Shown: in pieces, positions 18,377 through 24,993 of the stretch
How the letters are laid out: each line of letters starts with the position of its first letter
Position numbering within the stretch: position 1 is the stretch's first letter
From: Acidobacteriota bacterium
GTDB lineage: Bacteria > Acidobacteriota > UBA6911 > RPQK01 > JANQFM01
Reading direction: 5' to 3'
NCBI GenBank assembly: GCA_041578355.1
Contig: JBFGHF010000001.1
Location: 1-24,993, forward strand
DNA: 24,993 nt
Notes under the pieces: generated by a model
What the model saw: only the letters and a program-made list of their open reading frames with translations
Told to the model about the DNA's origin: nothing
Database searches by the model: none
Made by a program: the position numbers and the translations under genes

Positions 18377-18451
18377 GGCCCACCGGGCCGCACCCACGTC
18401 GCGGGAGAGGAGCCATGCGCCGGAGTTACGGGGTCGCCCTCGGGTTTCCGC

Positions 18452-18457
18452 TAGACT
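18452..18457 (+). promoter_or_regulatory. -10 hexamer TAGACT 6 nt upstream of the GTG of the NTT-HEAT gene (probable leaderless transcript)
   Basis: TAGACT-acagct-GTG; there is no SD. Confidence 0.5.
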
Positions 18458-18463
18458 ACAGCT

Positions 18464-21154
18464 GTGAACGGACTGCTCAAGCTGATCGGGGTAAGGCGGC
18501 GGGAGGCACCGGTGGCCTTCTTGATGACGCTTTATTTCTTCCTGGCGATGGCCAGCGTGAGCATTCTCAAGTCGCTGCAGAACGCCCTTTACCTGGGTTT
18601 TGTCGGATTCGATTGGCGCCTGCCCGGCCTCTACATCGTTCTGGCAATCGTTTCGGGGCTCGGTGTTCTGCTGTATCGGCGCTTGGCGAGTCGGCATTCG
18701 CGCTTGACGATCAATCTGATCACCCTGGCCGCCTTGATCGCGACCTTGATCCTCTTTTATTTCGCGCTTTCCTATCAAACCAGCTGGGTGTACATGGCCT
18801 TCTACATCTGGGGAGGCATTTTCAGTGTCCTGGTGCCGACCCAGGGTTGGCTTCTCTCCTACGAGTTGTACACGACCAGAGAGGCGAAACGGCTCTTCGC
18901 CGTCCTCGGTACGGGAGGAATCCTGGGGGGCGCGGGGGGCGGATACTACGCCTACTTCGCCGCCGACTGGGGGGCGCCCGAGGGGATCCTGATCCAGATC
19001 TGTTTCGTGCTGCTGATCATGCAGGGAGTGCTGTTGGCCCTGCGGCGCAGGCGTTCTTCTGCCGCCCCGAACCCGGCGCGTGGGAGCGCTTCGTCCGACG
19101 GCTTTCTGAAGACCATTCTCGGCTCGCAGTACCTCTCCCATTTGGCTGCGGTCGTCCTGCTTTCGGCGGCCACGACGACCATCATCGACCTGCTTTACAA
19201 ATGGGTCCTGGAGGAGCGCTTCGAAGGGGATCCCGATCAGATCACCCGGTTCTTCGGGAGTCTCTTGGGCACCATGTTCATCATCTCGGCCCTGGTCCAG
19301 TTGCTCGGCACCAGCAGGATTCTGCGGGCATTCGGTGTCGGAGTGGCCCTGCTGGTGTTGCCCGCCGCCGTGGCAACGGGGTCGCTCGCGCTGATCGTCT
19401 TCGCCGCCTCCTTTTGGCCGGTGGTGGGCCTGAAGATCCTCGACGGGTGTTTGCGTTCCAGCCTCCAGAAAACCAGCGTCGAGATGCTCTATATTCCCAT
19501 CTCCTCGGAACGGGCGACGATTGCCAAAGGGGGCATCGACCTGGTCGCCTTCCGCATCGGAGACGCCCTGGGCGCGAGCTTGTTTCTGCTGGTTTCCAGT
19601 CTGCTCATGGCATTCCCCTGGTTGGGAGGAGTAGCTGTTCTGGTGGCGGCGCTACTCTGGTTTGCGGCAACCAGGAGAATGGCCCGCGAGTACCTCGACA
19701 AGTTGAGACGGAGCTTGGAGGTCCGGGTCTCGCCTCCCCCCAGAAAAATGTTCCGTCTTCACGAAGCCGGGGCCGGAGAAGCTCTTTTGGAGGCTCTGCG
19801 CAGCGAACGCAGCGCCAAAGTGCATTTCGCCCTTCAACAGCTGATGCGTTCGCTGAGCAACGGAGGCGCGCCGGCACTCGAGAGTTCGGAAATGGTCTAT
19901 CCGCGATTCCAGCCCACGGGGGAGCCTCCCTGGCTTTCGTCGGTGGAGCCGCTGCTGGGGCATCAGAATCGCGAAGTGGCGGCGGCGGCGCTTCATCTGC
20001 TGGTCTCGCATCAACCGAAAAAATACTGGAAGAAGATCAGGGTCGACTGTCAAGGCGCGGAGGTCCCGGAGTTGCTTTGCCTCCATTACCTCGATCGTTA
20101 CGTGAAGAATCCCGGCCATCATCTTCGCCCGGAACGCGTCCTGGAATGGGCGCATCGTGCCAGTCCTCCTCAAGCGGTCGTCTTGGCCAGCCTGATGGGC
20201 AAGATGAAGGATCCAATGCTCATGCCGGTGCTCAAGGGTTGGGTGGCTTCTCTCCGGCGCCCGTTGGCTCGTCAAGCCTTGGTGTCGGTCGGGCGACATC
20301 GAGACCCGGCCGACGTCGACTTCCTGATCCAGCATCTGGCGCTGCGCTGGAGCCGCAACGCGGCGCGGCGAGCACTGATCGCACACGGCGAGACGGCACT
20401 TCCCCGTCTGGTGGAGGTATTGAAGAACGAGGAGGAGGATTTGGGAGTGCGCCGCGAAATCCCTCCGATCCTTGCCGCTTTGGGCACTCCGGCTGCCCAG
20501 GAGGAACTGGTGGCGGCCCTTTACATCTACGACCCCGTGATCGCTTTTCGGTCTCTGAAGAGCCTCAACAAGATCCGCACCAAGGCCGATCTGCGTTTCG
20601 GAGAGGATTCCTTTCTGCCCCTGCTCCAAATCTGGGCCCGTGAACATTACGAGCTGACCAACCTCAACCGTTTGCTGGGACAGTGCCGCGAAAGCGAGGA
20701 GCGGCTGCTGCGCAAAGCAGTCCGGGAGCGGATCGGCTGGGGAGTCGAGAAGATCTTTCGGGGACTCGAGCTGTTTCTCCCCCCGGGGGACGCCTATTTC
20801 TCCTATCTCGGCTTCACCAGCGACGACAAGGTCCTGCGCGAGAACGCCATCGAGTTGATCGATATCCGCATCAAAGGCGAGCTGCGCCAGACCTTGATAC
20901 CGATTTTCACGGCCCGCAATTCCAAGGAGATGCAACAGCACGGCCAACGCATCTTTGGCCTTTCCTCCGAATACGAAAAGGTGTTTTCGGACGCCCTGTT
21001 CACCGCCGATCCCTGGCTGAAATGCTGTATTATTGCCGCTGTCCGGTCGAAAAACAGCGACGCCCTCAAGGCTCGCGTGGAGCAGAGCCTGGAGGATTTT
21101 CACCCGTTGGTTCGGGAAACTGCGCAATGGGCGCTTCGCACCTGGGCGGCTTGA
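18464..21154 (+). CDS. NTT/TLC-family transporter domain fused to a C-terminal HEAT/ARM-repeat domain (896 aa)
   Basis: The first ~410 aa carry NTT-like motifs (YELYTTREAKRLF; RSSLQKTSVEMLYIP...AKGGIDLVAFRIGDALG). After YLDKLRRSL come helical repeats (LLGHQNREVAAAA, VRREIPPILAALG, LRENAIELID, DPWLKCC, HPLVRETAQWAL). Confidence 0.88.
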   Translation: MNGLLKLIGVRRREAPVAFLMTLYFFLAMASVSILKSLQNALYLGFVGFDWRLPGLYIVLAIVSGLGVLLYRRLASRHSRLTINLITLAALIATLILFYFALSYQTSWVYMAFYIWGGIFSVLVPTQGWLLSYELYTTREAKRLFAVLGTGGILGGAGGGYYAYFAADWGAPEGILIQICFVLLIMQGVLLALRRRRSSAAPNPARGSASSDGFLKTILGSQYLSHLAAVVLLSAATTTIIDLLYKWVLEERFEGDPDQITRFFGSLLGTMFIISALVQLLGTSRILRAFGVGVALLVLPAAVATGSLALIVFAASFWPVVGLKILDGCLRSSLQKTSVEMLYIPISSERATIAKGGIDLVAFRIGDALGASLFLLVSSLLMAFPWLGGVAVLVAALLWFAATRRMAREYLDKLRRSLEVRVSPPPRKMFRLHEAGAGEALLEALRSERSAKVHFALQQLMRSLSNGGAPALESSEMVYPRFQPTGEPPWLSSVEPLLGHQNREVAAAALHLLVSHQPKKYWKKIRVDCQGAEVPELLCLHYLDRYVKNPGHHLRPERVLEWAHRASPPQAVVLASLMGKMKDPMLMPVLKGWVASLRRPLARQALVSVGRHRDPADVDFLIQHLALRWSRNAARRALIAHGETALPRLVEVLKNEEEDLGVRREIPPILAALGTPAAQEELVAALYIYDPVIAFRSLKSLNKIRTKADLRFGEDSFLPLLQIWAREHYELTNLNRLLGQCRESEERLLRKAVRERIGWGVEKIFRGLELFLPPGDAYFSYLGFTSDDKVLRENAIELIDIRIKGELRQTLIPIFTARNSKEMQQHGQRIFGLSSEYEKVFSDALFTADPWLKCCIIAAVRSKNSDALKARVEQSLEDFHPLVRETAQWALRTWAA

Positions 21155-21182
21155 TCGGCGCGGCCCCGACGCGGTGTCAACA

Positions 21183-21596
21183 GTGCTGAGTACAGTCGAA
21201 AAAGTTCTTCTCCTTCAAGAACTGGATCTTTTCCGGAAAGCCTCCACCGAGCATCTGGCCCGTTTGGCCGCTGTGGCGGAAGAGCGGGAATTGGATGCAG
21301 GGCGAAGGATCTTCGAGCGAAACGAACCGGTGTCGAGAGCCTTTTTTCTGGTGGAGGGACGAGTGCGCCTCGAGAAATCCGTGGACGGTTTCAGCGTCGG
21401 CGAGTGTTGTCTGCTCGACATGCTTTCGGTTCTTTCGGAAGGGCGCCACTCGGTTTCGGCGGAAACCATCGACACTTGTACACTCCTGGTGGTCTCCTAT
21501 GACGACCTCATCGATTTGCTCACCGACGAAGCCGAGTTCTGCTGGACTTTGCTCCGCCACATAGCGGCGGAATCCGCTGAAACCGGGGAAGGTTGA
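21183..21596 (+). CDS. Stand-alone cyclic-nucleotide-binding-domain protein (about 137 aa), degenerate binding cassette
   Basis: MLSTVEKVLLLQELDLF...LARLAAVAEE...IFERNEP...FFLVEGRV...SAETIDTCTLLVVSYDDLIDLL. The start is GTG 21183 or 21174. Confidence 0.85.
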   Translation: MLSTVEKVLLLQELDLFRKASTEHLARLAAVAEERELDAGRRIFERNEPVSRAFFLVEGRVRLEKSVDGFSVGECCLLDMLSVLSEGRHSVSAETIDTCTLLVVSYDDLIDLLTDEAEFCWTLLRHIAAESAETGEG

Positions 21597-21622
21597 ACCC
21601 GTCCGGCACCCCTGTCTAGAAT
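21593..21622 (+). promoter_or_regulatory. Sigma70-type promoter for the Omp85 + kinase-like operon
   Basis: TTGAAC (21593-21598), 18-nt spacer, TAGAAT (21617-21622). The -10 box overlaps the ORF-track ATG 21621, which argues for a downstream start. Confidence 0.5.
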
Positions 21623-21668
21623 GGTGCCCAGTCTTTGCGGGTGCCAGGACACGACAGGTGGATTAGTC

Positions 21669-22934
21669 TTGTTCATTGATCGAGTTGTTGCAGCAAACCG
21701 CAGAACGGTCTGGTTGACTCTGTTCCTGATCCTGATTCCGACGTTCGGTCGGGCGGCCGAATCTCCAGTCCAGCAAGACCCCGCCGAGACCCGCGCCGAA
21801 GAGCTTCGCAGGCTGCGCCTGGCCAAGGCCGCCCAGCTTGAGGAACCCGTCCGGCCCGCCGTCGAGCGGGCGCTGGTCTGGATCGAAGGTTCGGGGCGAG
21901 AACGCGTAGCCAACCTGAATTACAAACGCTTCTTTCCCAAGTTCGGAGGGCTTCCCACCGGTGGAGGCTTTGCGTTCGGAACCCGCTATTGGAACCCCCG
22001 TGTGAAGAGCTCGGGCTGGGATCTTCAGGGCGTCGCCGCTGCGACTTTCAAGGGCTACGAGGTCTTCGAACTGCAAGCCGGCAACATCGATCAGCCGGAG
22101 CGGGATTGGTCCGCCTTTTTCGACTTCGGGTACCGCGACGCTCCCGAGGAGAATTTCTTCGGCCGCGGCCCCGGTTCCTTGCGCGGCCAGCGGACAGACT
22201 TCCGACGCCAGGACGCATCCTACGGAGGGGTGGTCCGATACCGGCCGCGGCGCTGGCTGCGGACCGAGCTGCGGGGTAACTTCCGGCAGGTCGAGGTGGG
22301 AGACGGCAGCAACGACGATTACGCCGACATCAGCACCGTTTTCGACGAAGTCACGGCGCCCGGATTGGCCGAGCAGCCCGATTTCGTGAGCGTCACGGGC
22401 AGCCTGATCATCGACTACCGGCAGACACCCGGCGATCCCCATGCAGGAGGGTTGTTCCGACTCGACTTGGGCCTCTTCGACGGCCTGGGCGGGGACGATT
22501 TCGATTTCAGCCGCATAGCCGCCGACGCCAGACACTTTCTTCCCTTGGGCGTTAGCTCCCGCGTACTGGCTTTTCGTTTCCATACGTCGGTCGATTTCGC
22601 CGACGGGGAGAGCCGGGTCCCCTTCTACTACCAGAACACGCTTGGCGGAAGCGAGATGTTGCGCGGGTTCCGGGAGTTTCGCTTCCGCGACGAAAACCTG
22701 GTCTTCATGTCCGCGGAATATCGATGGGAGGCGATTCCCGCCTTCGAATTCGCGGCGTTCTACGATGCGGGGCGGGTCTTCAACAGGATTTCGGATTTCG
22801 GTTTCAACGACCTCGAGACCAGTTTCGGTGGCGGTTTTCGGGTCAAGAACCGGAGCGGCGTGATCTTTCGCATCGATGTCGGCAAATCGCGAGAAGGCGT
22901 GCGCATCTATCTCAAGTTCGGACCGTCGTTTTAG
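21669..22934 (+). CDS. Omp85/BamA-TamA superfamily outer-membrane beta-barrel without POTRA domains (about 421 aa)
   Basis: Signal-peptide-like N-terminus from TTG 21669 (GGTGGA RBS). Loop-6 motif LRGF (NTLGGSEMLRGFREFRFRD), AAFYDAGRVF, and terminal beta-signal FRIDVGKSREGVRIYLKFGPSF ending in Phe. Confidence 0.88.
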   Translation: MFIDRVVAANRRTVWLTLFLILIPTFGRAAESPVQQDPAETRAEELRRLRLAKAAQLEEPVRPAVERALVWIEGSGRERVANLNYKRFFPKFGGLPTGGGFAFGTRYWNPRVKSSGWDLQGVAAATFKGYEVFELQAGNIDQPERDWSAFFDFGYRDAPEENFFGRGPGSLRGQRTDFRRQDASYGGVVRYRPRRWLRTELRGNFRQVEVGDGSNDDYADISTVFDEVTAPGLAEQPDFVSVTGSLIIDYRQTPGDPHAGGLFRLDLGLFDGLGGDDFDFSRIAADARHFLPLGVSSRVLAFRFHTSVDFADGESRVPFYYQNTLGGSEMLRGFREFRFRDENLVFMSAEYRWEAIPAFEFAAFYDAGRVFNRISDFGFNDLETSFGGGFRVKNRSGVIFRIDVGKSREGVRIYLKFGPSF

Positions 22935-22947
22935 GATGAGGCCCGGC

Positions 22948-24615
22948 ATGATCAGACATTCCAACAGCAACCTGTTCACCACGGAGTCGGCGCTGAGCAG
23001 ATTCGGGTTGATGCTGGCGCTGGCGGCACTGCTCGGCGGGAGCGTTGAAGCTCAGAAGTTCTATCCCGACGATCCGCTCTGGACCGATGACGACCAGCTC
23101 CCCATAGAAAAGCCGCAGGCTTTCGATGCCAGCAAGCTCTTCGATTTTCTGGAGAAGACGTTCCGCTACAAACCCGGCGCTTACAGCTTGGCTACCAACA
23201 TCAACACGCTGGGAGAGGTGCCCGACTCGAGCTGGTTCACCAATCGAATCGGTCGACGATCCATGAGCCTCGATGAACTTCGCCGGGGCTCCAGCCAGGG
23301 CCAGGGGCCCGATGTTCAAGATCGGCCGCTGGCGATCACCTCGCTGAAAATGACAGGCGTGACGCCCGGCTTTGTTTTTCGGGACGGAAGAGGAGATCTC
23401 TACTTTTCCAAAGTGGATCCGCTGGACTATCCCCAGATGGGGACGTCGGCGGAGGTCATTTCCTCCAAATTCCTCCACGCCTTCGGCTACAACGTCCCCG
23501 AGAACTACTTGACGTTCGTCCGTCCCCAGCAGTTTTTCGTCCCCGGTGACGCCACCATCCAGGGTCGGAGCGGCAAGGTCACTGTGATTCGTCAAGCCCG
23601 CCTGCAGGCCATGCTCAAGAACGTCCCCCGCAGGGCCGACGGCACGATCCAGATCATGGCCAGCAAGCGAGTGGCGGGAGAGTCCCTGGGGCCTTTCGAT
23701 TTCCTGGGTACTCGAGCCGACGACGCCAACGATATTCACCGACATGAGCACCGCCGGGAACTGCGCGGTTATCGCCTCATGACGGCCTGGATCAACCACA
23801 ACGATTCCGACAGCGCCAATACGCTCGACGTCTTCCTGCGCACCGATCAGGACCGGGGGTTCGTCAAACACTATCTGATCGACTTCGGGACCACGCTGGG
23901 CAGCGGCGCGGTCGAGCCCCATCAGCCCCGAGCGGGTTACGAGTATTACTACGAGGGCCGGCCCCTCCTGAAATCGTTGCTGACATTGGGGCTCAGCACA
24001 CGGCCGTGGCAGCGGATCGACTATCCCGACCTGCCCTCCGTCGGCCACTTCGAGGCGGATGTGTTCCATCCGCGCGACTGGCGGCCCGACTACCCCAATC
24101 CAGCGTTCCTCAACATGGGCAACGACGACGCTTTCTGGGCCGCCAAGATCATCCAGCGCTTCAGCGACGAAACGGTGCGGGCCATGGTCTCGGAAGGCCG
24201 CCTCGAAGACCCGGCCGCCGAACAGTACCTGGTCGAGTCGCTGATTCGGCGGCGGGACAAGATCGTCCGCTACTACATGTCTTTGATCAATCCGCTCGAC
24301 GAGTTTGCAATCGAATCGGGCACGCCTCGCGAGCTGGTGTTCGCCAACCTGGGGATTCGGGCCGGCTTGGCGGCTGCCGCCGATTACCGCTTCCGCTGGT
24401 TCGACTTCGACAACCTGACGGAGAAAGCCGCACCTCTGGGCGCCCCGGGGACGACCGGTCAGGCTCGAATCGCGGTTCCCGACTCGGCCGGCGCTTTTTT
24501 GCTGGTTGAGATCGAAACGCTCAGCGACGACCAGCCCGATTGGCAGAAGAAGGTACGGGTGTACCTGCGAAACGGTGCGGCCACCTCGGTGGTGGGTATC
24601 GAGCGCGAAAACTGA
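22948..24615 (+). CDS. Exported protein with an atypical protein-kinase-like (HipA/PI3K/CotH-like) catalytic core (about 555 aa)
   Basis: Signal peptide RFGLMLALAALLGGSVEA|QKFY; Gly-containing GVTPGF; YFSKVD (Lys); SAEVISSKF (alphaC Glu); WINHNDSDSANTL (D-x4-N catalytic loop); YLIDFG. Start is ATG 22948 (GAGG RBS) or 22936. The CDS is confident; the kinase call is motif-based inference. Confidence 0.78.
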   Translation: MIRHSNSNLFTTESALSRFGLMLALAALLGGSVEAQKFYPDDPLWTDDDQLPIEKPQAFDASKLFDFLEKTFRYKPGAYSLATNINTLGEVPDSSWFTNRIGRRSMSLDELRRGSSQGQGPDVQDRPLAITSLKMTGVTPGFVFRDGRGDLYFSKVDPLDYPQMGTSAEVISSKFLHAFGYNVPENYLTFVRPQQFFVPGDATIQGRSGKVTVIRQARLQAMLKNVPRRADGTIQIMASKRVAGESLGPFDFLGTRADDANDIHRHEHRRELRGYRLMTAWINHNDSDSANTLDVFLRTDQDRGFVKHYLIDFGTTLGSGAVEPHQPRAGYEYYYEGRPLLKSLLTLGLSTRPWQRIDYPDLPSVGHFEADVFHPRDWRPDYPNPAFLNMGNDDAFWAAKIIQRFSDETVRAMVSEGRLEDPAAEQYLVESLIRRRDKIVRYYMSLINPLDEFAIESGTPRELVFANLGIRAGLAAAADYRFRWFDFDNLTEKAAPLGAPGTTGQARIAVPDSAGAFLLVEIETLSDDQPDWQKKVRVYLRNGAATSVVGIEREN

Positions 24616-24798
24616 GGCTGTTCGGTCGGCGGGGTCCGTGTCCACGGGGCTGCGGGTTCGACTTCCAATGGTTCTTCGTTCGGGTGCGGGGAGACGAACT
24701 TCCTTGCTGTCGCATGACGGCCGCCACGGGTGCTTCCGCCGAAAAGTCCGAGATTCTCAACCGCAGAGCAGCGAGCGTCGATGCCGAAGTTGCGGCGG

Positions 24799-24807
24799 TG
24801 TTACCAT
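24799..24807 (+). promoter_or_regulatory. Extended -10 (TG-t-TACCAT) upstream of hutU
   Basis: ggTGtTACCATacgctgagcgaccATG; 13 nt from the hexamer to the ATG, no clear SD. Confidence 0.45.
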
Positions 24808-24820
24808 ACGCTGAGCGACC

Positions 24821-24993
24821 ATGAGCGAGATCCGCGAAGGAACGATCCGGGCCCCCCGGGGGAGTGAACTCAGCTGCAAAGGATGGCACCAGGAGGCCGC
24901 TTTGCGGATGCTGATGAACAACCTCGACCCCGAGGTTGCCGAGAATCCTTCCGAGTTGATCGTCTACGGCGGGGCGGGAAAGGCCGCTCGCAC
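24821..24993 (+). CDS. hutU: Urocanate hydratase, N-terminal fragment (runs off the right window edge)
   Basis: Manual translation: [57 protein letters not shown], the canonical HutU N-terminus. Confidence 0.96.
   Translation, partial: MSEIREGTIRAPRGSELSCKGWHQEAALRMLMNNLDPEVAENPSELIVYGGAGKAAR

Noticed and set aside
16617-21154. Inferring an intracellular energy-parasite lifestyle from the NTT genes
   Set aside because: The window shows GC-rich, unreduced metabolism (gcv, hut), and NTT homologues, including HEAT-fused ones, occur in free-living bacteria.
21100-21200. Frameshifted pseudogene splitting an NTT-HEAT-cNMP fusion
   Set aside because: The HEAT domain ends cleanly (HPLVRETAQWALRTWAA-stop), and the cNMP ORF begins with a typical LSTVEKVLLL N-terminus after a short spacer, so a natural two-gene arrangement is more likely.
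22948-24615. Calling the kinase-like gene a HipA toxin of a toxin-antitoxin pair
   Set aside because: It has a signal peptide, lacks the HipA DxHxKN His/Lys, and has no adjacent HTH antitoxin.

Overview
A GC-rich bacterial window (GC judged by eye). It is probably Acidobacteriota, inferred from the membrane-anchored coiled-coil protein at 3052-3993; this is unverified. Housekeeping genes at the left are a glycine-cleavage operon (orf-gcvT-gcvH-gcvP, minus strand, gcvP truncated), an M28 lipoprotein peptidase and lepA. The start of hutU lies at the right edge. Two accessory neighbourhoods stand out. (1) 8.1-16.5 kb is a candidate lipid/acyl-amide biosynthetic locus. A translationally coupled operon encodes a His-box desaturase, a stand-alone HHxxxDG condensation/acyltransferase protein and a GH3-family adenylating enzyme. 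It converges on a DUF547 gene and an in-frame MMPL-transporter/HAD-phosphatase fusion, and diverges from a TIGR04283-like glycosyltransferase. (2) 16.6-24.6 kb encodes two NTT/TLC (ATP/ADP translocase-like) transporters, one fused to HEAT repeats. It also encodes a stand-alone degenerate cNMP-binding protein, a POTRA-less Omp85 barrel and a signal-peptide-bearing protein with an intact protein-kinase-like catalytic core. My hypothesis is that this is an envelope phosphorylation system fed by nucleotide export. Other observations are three probable leaderless genes (TANNNT-N6-start), a multi-hairpin intergenic element at 4.02-4.17 kb, and a perfect 21-bp palindrome between divergent promoters. 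No rRNA, tRNA, CRISPR array or mobile element was seen. All family calls come from motif recognition by eye; no database search was run.
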